A stretch of 64,000 nt of DNA from NCBI GenBank assembly GCA_012295275.1, contig CM022672.1, positions 33,170,001 through 33,234,000 on the forward strand, written 5' to 3'. How positions within the stretch are numbered: the first letter of the stretch is position 1; each line of letters begins with the position of its first letter. The DNA is from Chrysomallon squamiferum. Lineage: Eukaryota; Animalia; Mollusca. Below the pieces are notes generated by a model, which did no database searches, was not told the origin of the DNA, and saw nothing but the letters and a program-made list of their open reading frames with translations. Shown in pieces: positions 1 through 24,963 of this stretch. The position numbers and the translations under genes were made by a program.

Positions 1-12329
<12,329 letters not shown>

Positions 12330-12462
12330 GGTGGATATTTTAAAATTATTTCTGTTCGACAGAAGCAGTTATTGTAAGGATCATGCAATGAAAATTATTA
12401 TAAATGCATCATTGAAAACTCAAATTAGTATTATTAAAACTGGGAATCAGATGATTTCAGAA

Positions 12463-12521
12463 CGCCGCCATTTTCTTTATTTATATCAACGTTCCCCCAG
12501 TAACCAAATCTCGCGAGATTT
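12463..12521. promoter_or_regulatory. Promoter module between divergent CCDC180 and PSMD5: YY1-like site, X-box-like site, TCTCGCGAGA palindrome
   Basis: CGCCGCCATTTT (~12463), GTTCCCCCAGTAAC (12491-12504), AAATCTCGCGAGATTT (12506-12521). Confidence 0.55.
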
Positions 12522-12607
12522 AAAGGAAGTAATATCTAAATGACTGTCATTAGCAAGAGTTGATGCTATATTCTTACAAGTAGTTTTTCTTTCTTTCGTT
12601 CTTTTTT

Positions 12608-12678
<71 letters not shown>

Positions 12679-12963
12679 GTCTGAATGAAAATAAATAAAT
12701 ACACAAATTTAAAAGTAAATTTTAATTTGTTCTAACACATTCAAAAGTTGTTTCGTCTAAATATAATTAAATCATAATCATGTTATTGTTGTGTCAGACT
12801 GAAATATGGAGAATATTAAATTATAAATCATAACACTTTTTGAGAGAGTTCTTCCTAAGACAAGAAACATTATTACGTCCATTATATAAATAACTTAGTC
12901 AGGAATTAATGATGAACATTAGTACAAAGGCCACAACTACATTATGAATGGGAGACAGAGCTT

Positions 12964-13043
<80 letters not shown>

Positions 13044-13569
13044 CAGGAGGGTAATATATATATCAACAAAGCAGAATGTGAGGTAATCTTTTTTGAGATT
13101 CACATAAAAAATAAAAAGCTTCAAAAATAAAATAGAGAGAGAGTAACCTGTTTATTATTTTATTAAATTGCTGTCTGATCTACAGTATTATATTTTATTG
13201 GCTGTAGTTAAAAGAGAGAGAGAGAGAGTTAATACAGATTGCATGATGTTACCATTCAATTCTGTTAACCAGTAGCAAATGCATTAGTTTAATTTTCTTA
13301 GGTTATGACGGTCTCGTTGTCATATCAGTGATTATGATGTATTCAATTCAGATATATTTACATACATCAGTCACATATTTAATTGAATTTTGAAATTTAA
13401 TATTATATCTGTCGGTCAAAACCAGTTAAAATATATTATAATCTGTCTATTTTAACGGTGGAAAATAATGAATATTTGTATCTTTTTAATATTAAAGGTA
13501 ACAAAATAGTTACTAAATCAGATAAGTGCACAAGCTCGTTGGAGGAAAAAGATTATAGAACGAAGAAAA

Positions 13570-14181
13570 ATGGGAACCGCGGGAAAAATCACCGATTTGC
13601 TGAATTCAGTTTCCACGTCTGATGATCAAATAACAATTTTAGAATCATTAAATACATTATTGGCAGTGACAGGTCCACACGAATTAAGTCAGATTGCACC
13701 AAATGTTTCATTCGACATCGTGTTCGAATGTCTATCATCGGAAAATAAGTGTGTATATTTTATTTAATGAAATGACATGACAGTATTTGGACATGAATTA
13801 TCTCCCTTCAATAATTTACAAAAATAATTATTAGTATATTACACTGACAAAAATAATTTTTCTCTGATATATCAAAACAAAACAATAACAACAACAAAAA
13901 TAAATAAATAAAAATAAAAAAGTATTTTTAATTTTTAATTTATTTTTTTCAAAGTAAAGTTCATTTAAATCAAAAAATATCTTCATCATTATAAACTTAA
14001 TACCGTAACAGTAAAAAGAAAAGCTGAAATAGCTTTTTGAAAATGTGGTCATAACCAGATTTTGATAACTATTAGAAAAATTCCATAACAGATATAATTA
14101 AGGGGATTTAAAAAATAACTCAAAATTATATTAACAGCATTTTTAATAAATTTAGACTGATTATAATTTTTATAATTTGAT

Positions 14182-14235
<54 letters not shown>

Positions 14236-17200
14236 TTTGTCTTAATATTGCTAGATTTAATGTAATACAGTTGTATTTATTTATAATTTCAGGGAGGAAG
14301 TTGAGTTGGGTTGCAGTGTACTGTCAAAGTTTTTGACAGCCTGTGAACCTTCATTAATGTTAAAGAGTTTTGAAAGAGAGTTAATAAAATGGCTGTCACA
14401 TTCCAAAACACCAGTAAAACGACTTGCATTGACTCAGGTATTTAGAGTAAAGACATCCACATTTCTTCCTAAACAACCAACTATTTTTTTATGTAAAAAG
14501 AGTGAACAGATTTTGTCTCTTTTTCAGTTTAAAGTTTATTTTCTTTCCATTTCTATTCCTTTAAAACATTTCAGGTTTTTATTTCATTTTCTCTTTTAAA
14601 TTTGTACAACTCTTGTTTGAAATATTTTAGCAAATTTTATGAAAATTAAACTATATGATTATATATAAATCCTCAAATATAAATAAATGTATATTGATAA
14701 CAAAATAAAAAAAAAAAAAAAATTGTCACTGTATATTTCTTACAGATTAAGAATTAACATAGATACATGCTTATAGGTAACATCACAAGATTTTTCATGT
14801 TTGAAGTCTCAAATCAGACAATGCAGGTTTTGATAATGTTTACCAAGTTTCAGTTGAATACTGTTTAATAGAATAACTTCAACCTTATTTAGTCCTGAAT
14901 AGAAAAGAAATAAAAAATTAATTTAAAAAAAAAATACTTTATATTTCTACAAGTTTTTTAAATTTTAAAAACTTCAGCTGAGCACAGTTGTTAGAGAGAA
15001 TGAGGAAACTCTTGCTAAATACCCAGATGTTGTCTTCAGACTTGTCAAATGCCTTGCAGAAGAACGCTTGGAATTAGCAGAAAAATCTGGAGTTATCCTT
15101 GCTAGTCTTGGTAAGTACATGTATTTTTTTTTTTTCTTTTTTTTAAAATTATTTATTAAAAATGTTCGAAGTTATACAATGACCTTGGTTCTGAAATGAC
15201 TCCCTGTCAAACAGTTTCAGTCCTTGAACATATTATTTGAGTGAAAAAAATAATCCTTTGGTTGTCAAATTTAAACTTGGTTCTCAGCTGAGGAAAAGTC
15301 TTCTGTTAAGAAGGACAGAAGGGAGCATGTTTTTACTTCACTAATCAAAAAAATGGTGGAAAATGGGGAGAGTTACAAATTTTGTAAAAATAAAAAAAAA
15401 CTAACCCCAAAACTCTCCACAATGTCTCCCTGACAAAATGGCAGCATAAACCTTTTCAGTGTCATTGTTGTGTCTTAATTCAGAAACATACTCCTCTTTG
15501 ACAGCGAATAGGTGATCTGTTTTTCATTCATTTATTTATTTATTCTAAATATTATTATCTTATCTCTTATAAATACATAAACCCAATAATCTGATATAAT
15601 ACAGAAAAATTATACTAGTTTATCTTATTTAATAATGTTATTTTAAATATTTTAAAATTTATCACTTTTAGTCAATTTTAAACACTAATAATTTGAAGAA
15701 GAAATATATACGATTTGTGAAGATGCTTTATTTCCTGTATATTGTCACATTTGTAGATTATCATGTTAAGTAATAAATGAAATGAAATTAAATAACTCAC
15801 ATTCATACATGTATTCTGTTATTATGTTTGGGTTACTACTGTGTATGTGGGGGTGTGTTGAGTGAATGATATAACTTTATAAGATAGAAAGCAGTGTTAA
15901 GTCATGTGCTAGCTTATTATTACTTTTTTAAAAACATTTACCTGTACAGGTAAAAGTAAACAGGGGTTATCTGTGCTGTTCAGTGAACCAGTGATGAAGG
16001 GGTTAAAGGAGGTGATGGCTCTGAATGATGTAATGAGATACAGAGTTTACAAGGTGTGAATTTTTATTCTTATATTATTACCTTTACCTGTTGCTCTTTG
16101 TCGTTCTACTTAGTGAAATGTCTTCTTTTCCACTGAAGATAAACAAAAATTAAAAACAGTATTGTCTTATGTACTTAAAATAAAAAATAAAATTATAAAA
16201 CCTGTTTATAGATGTCTTTATCTGTCACAGTTTTCAGTGTAACATAAATTAGCTTAAATTATGACATTTAAAAATTATAAAAAGCTTCTTTACAAATAGA
16301 AATGCAAATATGTTTCAGTCAGGTTCTTTTCTTGTGCAGAAGCCCATTCCAAAAACGATAAATATAAAATAAATATGAAATAATTAGAATTATGTAAATT
16401 TTTGTTGATTACATGAGGCATTTTTTAACTTTTATTTTATTAATTAGATTGCTAAATTCAAGTTAAGCGTTCAGTCATTTTCCCTAATTTGGTGGTTCTA
16501 ATTTAAATGGACAGATATGTCAGTGTTTTGTTGGTGTGTGTGTATGTATCATATAATATAGTTTTACTTGTTTAACGTGTGTTTCAGATGATAGTTGACA
16601 TGATCTGTATGTCAGAAGAGACAATATTCTTTCTGTTTTTCTCTCACACTCACACAGACACACACATACACACGCATACAAATCAATAAAACAACATCTG
16701 ATTAATTATATATATATATATATATATATAACACTGGTCTCACCAGCATTTGTGAAAGAGATGGCAGGAATTGGCATAACAGGTGCAGCTTAAACTTAAA
16801 GCATGGTACAGAAAAATGTTCAGGGTACAAGTACTTTGAACAGTTTTCAAACTATTTGTTTGTCAAAAATACTCCTATAAATAATTGTATCAAATGCATT
16901 AACTATAAACAAGTTTATTTTTACTAGCAGTTAAATAAAATCAAAGCATCTATTTAATTTATTATATAAAACGCAGTTCACTAAATAAACGGGTGGTGGA
17001 TATTTCTGCTGCTGATGACAAATGGCAGGCAAAATTGTCGTAAGCTGTAAAAACGTGTTTAACGTGTTTTCAGATGATAGTTGACGTGAGCTGTGTATCG
17101 GCAGAGACAATGAACAGATATGCAGAGACTGGACTACTACAACAGCTCGTAGAGGAGATGCAGAAAGACGACATTCTCCTTCAACTCAACTGTCTGGAGA

Positions 17201-18663
17201 TGCTGTCAGACCTTGCCCAGCAGCCACACGGTTTAGCCTTTCTCGACGAGCAGGGAATCATACACGAGTTCGAGGACATGATGTCACAGATGCAGGACAA
17301 TCCATTTGGTAACATCATACTTCCAGGTCAGAGTTTTATTACATCTGTTTTATTTTGTTAACATCCCAGGTTAGAGTTATTGATGTATCTGTTATATTTT
17401 GTTTAACATTATACTTCCAGGTTAGAGTTTTCAATTGTATCTGTTTTATTTTGCTAAAATCATACTTCCAGGTCAGAGTTATTAATTGTATCTGTTTTGT
17501 TTTGCTAACATCTTACTTGTAGGTTAGAGTTTAATTACATTTATTTTACTTTGCTTAACTTTATGCTTCCAGGACAGAGTTATTAGTTATATCTGTTTTA
17601 TTTTGTTTAACATTATACTTCCAAGTTCTATTTTATTTATAGCATCTGAGGTAATTTATAATGTTTTAAAAATAAACAGTCTGCAGTTAAGAAGTAGGTG
17701 CAACAGTTTTAAATTATTATTATAATAACTTTTTTATAATTTAGGAAACCTTTTATATATATATTTCGTAACAGCAGTGTCAGATTTTATTACATTTGTT
17801 TATAAATAAAAAAAACATATTTCTAATCAAGTAATTACTCATTTATTATTTATTACATTTCATTTATGCTAATGTCGACTGATAATCCTAATTATGGAAG
17901 AATAAAATAAAAAAAAATTCAGCAGAAAATAACTTTATAAATTTTATCTGATTTCAGGTTTAATGAAATTCTTTGGTGGACTTTCGAGAATCCATCCGAA
18001 GGAGGTGTGTGGTAAGTTTAACAAATTCACGCACATCGTGTTTGAGAATGTTGGCGGGGGTGATCGCATTCTCCAGGGCGTTGCCATAGATACCATTGGC
18101 TTCATAGGGAGTACACCAGACGGAAAGCTGGCTTTGGAAAAACTAGGTATGTTCTAATTACTGAGCACAATTTTCTTTCAGTTGTAGACTCAAAACAGTT
18201 CTGTTTTAAATCATTAATTAATATGATTCAGTCAATCATTCAAAAGCAAAACTTTAACTAAAGGTGTATCCAAATACAGATAAAACGGGGGAATAAGGTC
18301 TTATGGTATGATGCTTTTTATCTTATTATAGTAACTTTTATTTATTTGTCTAATTATTATTATTATTATAACTTTCATTTATTTGTCTTATTAGTATAAA
18401 TTTATTTATTTGTACATTACTGATTATTTTTTTTGGCAATATTAGGATGTGAAAAAGGCTTTTTTCTACAGTTCAAGATATTAAAAAAATATATAAAAAT
18501 TAAGAAATATTTTTACTTTTTATTAAAGGTTCTTCCATGGAAAGTTGCATGCCAAAGCTTGGCAACATTATCAAAACATCCATGTCTGATTTGAGATCTC
18601 GCACAATACAGGCTGTCACAAATCTGATGACATTACCAGTAAGTGACAAAATCATTTAATTCT

Positions 18664-18700
<37 letters not shown>

Positions 18701-19663
18701 ATAAACAGTTGCAAAAAAAAAAAAAAAACCTGAAAAAAGCTATATTTATAATATGAAATTTATACAAAATATAAAGATATGCATAAAAAAGAAAATAGAA
18801 AAAAAAAAGAAGCTATATTTGTAATATGAAATTTCTTATTTGAGATGCTACATGTTAGACATGTGGAAAATCTTATGATGTGTTAACAGTAAATGAATAA
18901 AAGCCATCATAAATTTGTATGAATAGATAAACAGTTGCAAAAATAAATCTATAATTCATATATAAAAATTACTCATTTAATATATATTAGCAAGAGATTA
19001 ATTTAGTTTTCTGAAAATGGAAATTTAAAAAAAATTATCTAATTTGATAATAATTTGTTTTCTTTGCATGACATAACCTTATTGAATATCTCCATAATTC
19101 TATTAAAGTGACATTATTTTAAATGGAATTTAAAAATAAAAATTATCTTGTTTGATAATAATTTGTATGAAGTAACCTGATTGAATATCTCCATAATTCT
19201 GTTACAGTGACATGATTTTAAATTTGATAATTAATTTTAAATTTTAATTTTATATTGTTCGTTACAGGTAGAAAACCAGACAGTGGAACTACTAAAATTA
19301 ACTGAGAGCTGGTTTCAAAAGCTTTGTTCAAAACCGTTTGAAGTGATCTGGCACTTGACTCGACAGCCATTTATGGACACTCGACAAGACTGTTACAGAC
19401 TTCTCCAGGCCTTGGCAGCACAGCAGTGGGGTCAAAGGTCAATGAACGAAACTGCAGGCTTCCACGAGTTCCTGCTCGACCGATCCACTGAAAGCAGCAG
19501 AGAGGCAAAGGAGGCAAAATACGAAATAATAAAAACTTTGGCGACTTCTCCCACTATAATAGAAGTGTTCGGAAGGCCGTTTTATGTGCGCATCATGGAG
19601 TATTACCACCAGGGGGCGTTCTTTGTGAGAGCCCAGGCAGACATTGCTTTTGAAGAAGGCTAG
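13570..19663 (+). CDS. PSMD5: 26S proteasome non-ATPase regulatory subunit 5 (S5b/Hsm3 assembly chaperone)
   Basis: Exons 13570-13748, 14293-14437, 14978-15110, 15950-16053, 17074-17326, 17958-18146, 18529-18638, 19268-19663. Motifs NDVMRYRVY, DDILLQLNCLEMLSDLA, PGLMKFFG, QPFMD, GFHEFLLDRSTE and AKEAKYEII match the PSMD5 family. Confidence 0.92.
16568..16625 (+). pseudogene. Decayed copy of PSMD5 exon 5 acceptor plus first ~37 nt
   Basis: tgtttaacgtgtgtttcagATGATAGTTGACATGATCTGTATGTCAGAAGAGACAAT vs 17056-17111. Confidence 0.8.
17311..17625 (+). repeat. ~50-bp tandem repeat, ~7 copies, containing the PSMD5 exon 5 donor
   Basis: aacatcatacttccag|gtcagag variants at ~17311, 17360, 17405, 17457, 17507, 17557, 17609. 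Confidence 0.9.
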
Positions 19664-21734
19664 ATTCGGAAGAAATATTTTACGAAAATCTGTTATTTCT
19701 TTTTTTTTTTTTTTTTTTTTGGAATTAATAAATGTTATTTGTTGTAATAGGTGATATGTTAGTCCTTTATTTTTTTTAAATTTTATTATTGAAAAAAATT
19801 AATTTTAATTATTACAAAATGGAAGCAGGAGAGCTTTTAGTTCAGTTAATTTTGTAAAATGTTTCTGATTGTAGCTGAAACCATACACATATACACAGAT
19901 ATTTATTTAAAGAAAGATGTGGAGAATATAACCTAAATAATTTTATGTTCTTCACTGCAACATTTAAAAAAAAAACCCAACAATTATTTATTTAAAAGCA
20001 GATAATTTATTTAATTTGAAAATATTAATCCATCTCTGAATTTATCATTATCTACACAGCAACTGAAATGATCACTGAATCAAGAATCTAAAATCAATAT
20101 ACATAATTTATATACAAAATTCCTAATTGGAAGTGCAAAAACCTAAAATTATGTTTTAATGCAAAAGTGATGAAGAACGCACATTATTCTTATGTTTGAT
20201 TTTAGTCATATTTGATGGAGGTCTATATCAAATTTTCACACATGCATAACACTTTTATACAATTGTTACACAGCTTAAACAGTTACCGTTTGTTGAATTT
20301 ATCAATAAAGTACGTTAAATCAATTATGTGTCCTTTTTGTTTAGTTACATTTTAATTAATTAATTAATTAATTAATTAATTAATATTATTATTAATTAAT
20401 TAATTAATTAAATGTCTTGCTTCCGATATTTATAAATTATTAAAAATGTTCTATTACCAATGAAGAAACGAACAATGCTTTTTGCAAAATACGAACAAAT
20501 GTTTTAGAACGCACTGGACTTAATCCGCCTATTAAATTTTTGGTGCTTTTAATTAAATCTGACGCATGCGTGAGGTGATAATTTTTTCTAAATTTTGTAG
20601 TAGATTTCTGGTACTATTACGTCAGTGATTAGCGAAAGTAATAAAATGTATATAACCCTTCCGCCCCCCCATATATATTTTTATTTTTAAACGAACCTAT
20701 GTTTAATTATTACATAAATAACTTGTTTTCCTGAGAACTATCTTTGAAACATATTGACAAGTATAAAATAATCTCTGAACTCTGACTTTTGATGAAAACT
20801 AACACTTTCAGTGGATTGAACAGTTAACGTTTGATTATTCTATGAATTCTGAACAGAACTTTAATTATTTTTTCTTTAACTTTCAGTTTATAAAATAAAA
20901 TATATTAATTTATTACACAACTTGCCTTTTTGTTTGTAATATTTTAATTCTTGTTAACTGTTTAGTGGACTGGACCTTAATGTTACACCAGGTTAACAAC
21001 GCCTGAAATCTGAATATTTTAATATTTTGTCATGGAACGAAGTTTGATGACAAATACGTTTTGATGTATTGAAAAGAGGCCTGTTACAATTTTCTTTTTA
21101 TTATTATAATTTAATTACTTTATATAAATGTATTAGCATTTTAACTTTTTCCCCTCTCTCGTTAAAAAATAAAAAATAAAGTTACCAATATATTAATCAA
21201 TTAAAAAAAATAAAGTAAAAATAATAATAATAAAGCCATTAAACTTTAAAGGAAATATAGATTTCACAAAATACGCTTGTGGAATAATTATTAGGAACAA
21301 CAACAACAAAACATACTAAGTTACATTAGTTATAACCACACTGTTAAAACAATACAGTTATATTTAAACCATTAAAAAGATAAAGGAATAATGTACTAGC
21401 AATTTATGCGCACTTTTTAGTTAATAGTTATAGTAAGATCAATCAATGACAAAACTGGATTTCATGATAATTAAACTTTAAATATTCTTTAAATATTTAT
21501 TATCATTAGTATTATGGAATGCTCTCAATTTTTTTTTTTTAAAATAATGACAGATATCTACAAATGATATGTAATATTAAACGAATCTAATTTAAAAATC
21601 TTAGCAATGTTATCGTAAGAACGTGATATGTAAATAAAATATTGAAGGATGGGAAGTAACTCTAAACTACTTTGTTGACATTTCTGCTAGTTGAGTAACA
21701 GAGTTTGCACGTGTTTGTATCTAAGGTTTACATC

Positions 21735-24700
21735 ATGACGTTTCCAACGTTGTACCGATGTTGGAACCGCGTGTACATATGTTTTGTAAGTCAGGCCAGT
21801 GTTAAAACACCTAAATCTATCTTAAATATGGCAAAATGTACATTTATAACTCAAAATTCACAGAATCAAAAAATGGAAGGTCGTTCAAATTCAGACGCAG
21901 AAACTCAAACTGACGCCCAAGAAAGTGAGGAAGACAAGAAAAAGACATTCCTGGTAAATTACTGATAAATTGTTGCTAATAAATTATTATATATCTTTAT
22001 ATACTTTTTTTTTTTTTTTTTTTTTCAGGCGAGTTGAACAGTTAAATGATTTATTTATTTAGAAATAAAAAGATAACAGACTATCGCCGAGACATTTTAA
22101 TTAGCAAATATAATGATTAATTTTATTTGAGTTACTTTGTTAATTTATTCAGTTTACAGTACGGCTACCATAGCGTGATCTTATTTCCTATTACTATAAG
22201 TTTCTGGCTATAGATGAAAAAAGTTAATTCAAAAGATGACTTGATAATCACACTTATTCAGTTATTGCATCATAGAAAAGTAAAATTAAAAACAACCTTT
22301 TGAATAACCTTTTTATCATTTGTAGAATATTATTTTATGAAACCAGTGACTGTTGACAGATGTTTTATTAGTTTGACATTTCAGTTTTAAAACAAATTTG
22401 ATAATACAAGAGGCTACAGTATGTTATTTTCTGTTTGTAGGAAGTAAGTGGTGAATAAACTGTTAATAATAATCATTTTTATATATATATATATATATAT
22501 ATAAATTACAGTATAATGTAATGTAATGTGATGTAACAGTCAGAGGCAAAGGAAGCAAAATTCAAAATAATAAATTTTTTAGTGATTTCTCCCACAGTGA
22601 TAGAAGTGTTTGGAAGACTGTTTTATGTATGTGTCATGGAGTATTACCATGTTAATATATATAATAAATAGAAAGAAAAACTGCCTATTAAAAATTGCTC
22701 TAGACGATTATTCTTATATTTTCATCACTAAACAGCAACAACAAAGAACAATAATAATAATTCTTTGTGAAATGCTTATATGAATAAAATTAAAAACACC
22801 ACTGCATTTTTCTTATCATCCAAAAGATGTGATCATGATTGAAATGTAAATTTTTTTTATTTCATAGATTTGAGAATACAGAACAGATTTAATTAAAAAA
22901 ATTATTTTATTAGTAAAATGTTCGTTATTCAGGTAGTAGGACTTGGCAACTGTGAGTCAAGAGACTCTAGACACAGCATTGGGATGCATATTTTAGACAG
23001 GATTTCTAGTCACTTCAAGCTGCACTGGGGAAAAGATGACTTTCGTAAAAGTGGTGGATTTGTAGCTGAAGCCAGTCTAGACTCTGGAGTTGAGGTAATT
23101 CTGCTGAAACCTCGGGTTCCAATGAACATAAACGGAGCTAGTGTCACCAAAGCAGGTAACGTTGTTTGAGAAATCTAACTGTGTTTACAGATTAATTAAT
23201 TAGTTAATTAACAGGTAGTGTTGCATTTGTTTAAGAAACTCTTTATTAACAGATTAATTAATTAGTTTGTTAATTAACAGGTCATGTTGCATTTGGTTAA
23301 GCAACTCTTTATTAACAGATTAATTAGTTTTACGTGATTTTTATTAGTTTTGTCTGTGGCTAGTACATTGTGTTAATTCATTTTTTTATTTAGGGAATTA
23401 AATTATTAAAGTATTAATAAAGCTGTTATGTGCATTTCAGAATTATATTTGGTTGAAATGGTACTCACAGGAATGTTGTGTCCTTTATTGTTTTGGATTC
23501 ACTTTAAAGAATTAAAAGACATATTAAATAAGAAAATATCATTAGGTAAAAATTTCTGGTTCTTCACTGACTATTTTTGTATAATTTTATATATCTTCTA
23601 ACTTTATTTACATTTATGGTTATAAACTGTTTTGATTATTTATCAAATATAATAATAATAACAATAATAATAATAATAAATTAAATATGATTAATTATAA
23701 GGTGGTTTGAAAATTATTTTCTGTTTCAGTTCGTAGCTATAAAATACTACCAGACAATGTCTATTTAATTCACGATGACTTGGATAAATCTATCGGAACT
23801 TTTCAGCTGAAAGAAAGTGGAAGTGCAGGGTAAGTTTAAACTTTTTATTTTTAAATATTTAAATATTATTAAATTCATATTAATTTTAGATTGATCATGA
23901 TGTAGGTGTGTAGATACAAACACAGCTTGTATGTTTTCAAATTATTATTTTGTTTATATTTCTTATTAAAAAAGATGCTAGCAAATATTCTGGTTTCTTT
24001 AAAATTAATTGTACCTCTTAGATAACCTAATTAATTTTTTTTTTTTTTTTTTTATATAGTTATAAATAATTCAAGTTATTAAAGTATAAAGACAAAAAAA
24101 TAAATAATGTTCAAAATTTTGGAGATCTGCCTAATGGTTCTAGATTTATTAATTAACTGCTAATTGACAGACGACATGTTCTCAATATTAGTTTTCAGAA
24201 ATGCCTTCGTAATAAGAAAAATCATTGTTTTCATAAAATAAAAATAAAAATCATTGATCATTATCTCCCATTATTAATTGTTTTTTAAAATCTTTTTTCT
24301 TTTCTAGAGCATTTAAATTTTTTTTTTATTAATATTTTTATTTATTTATTTATTTTTTTTTCCAGTGGTCACAATGGTGTCAAGTCAGTAATACATTCCC
24401 TGAGAACTGATGTAAATATTATTTTTTAAATAATTATTTTTAATGTTTGAGAAGCATGCACACACACACAGACACACGCACACACACACACACACATACA
24501 AACAAAAATATACACACATATATAATATTTATTTTATAAAATTATATTTTGCATATATCAGAAATATTGCCTGATGTTAATTTAAAAAAAAAAACCCCTC
24601 TATATTTTATGTTTCTTACAGAATATAAAAAGACTCAGAATTGGAATTGACAGACCAGATTCACAGGACGAAGTCGTTGACTACGTTCTTGATAAATTCA

Positions 24701-24963
24701 CATATGAACAGGAGTTGGCGCTGCTACCAGTAATAGCATCATCCGTCGCAGCTTTATTTAAACACATTGGTCAGCAGTGTGAGGTGAACCTGGACGTCCA
24801 GTTGAGTTCAGACCCGCAGATTCTTCAGTGGAAAGGTCTGAAGGTGGCGAAGAAGTTGAAACACAAGAAAAGGTGGGACAGTGATCCAGAGGCAGATAAT
24901 TTTAAAAGTGGTTCGTGGGGTGGGGTTCTGGAAACAGGAAAAATTACGCAAATTCCCGAATGA
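21735..24963 (+). CDS. PTRH1: Peptidyl-tRNA hydrolase, bacterial Pth-type (probably mitochondrial)
   Basis: Exons 21735-21953, 22933-23155, 23730-23829, 24366-24411, 24622-24963. Pth motifs VVGLGN, RHSIG, LLKP..MN, IHDDLD, GSAGGHNG, RLRIGIDRP and DYVL are all present. The N-terminal extension is targeting-peptide-like. The true C-terminus is uncertain (see the -1 frame ORF). Confidence 0.92.
22541..22649 (+). pseudogene. Decayed fragment of PSMD5 last exon inside PTRH1 intron 1
   Basis: Aligns to ~19500-19608 (AGAGGCAAAGGA...GGAGTATTACCA). Confidence 0.85.
23151..23330 (+). repeat. ~60-65-bp tandem repeat, 3 copies, starting at the PTRH1 exon 2 donor
   Basis: caggtaacgttg / caggtagtgttg / caggtcatgttg, each followed by ...acagattaattaattag. 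Confidence 0.7.

Noticed and set aside
20350-20410. Long palindromic (TTAA)n tract
   Set aside because: Self-complementary simple repeat with no further structure.
24898-24907. AAT TTT AAA as a -1 slippery site
   Set aside because: Wrong register for X XXY YYZ, and the -1 frame has TAA at 24903.
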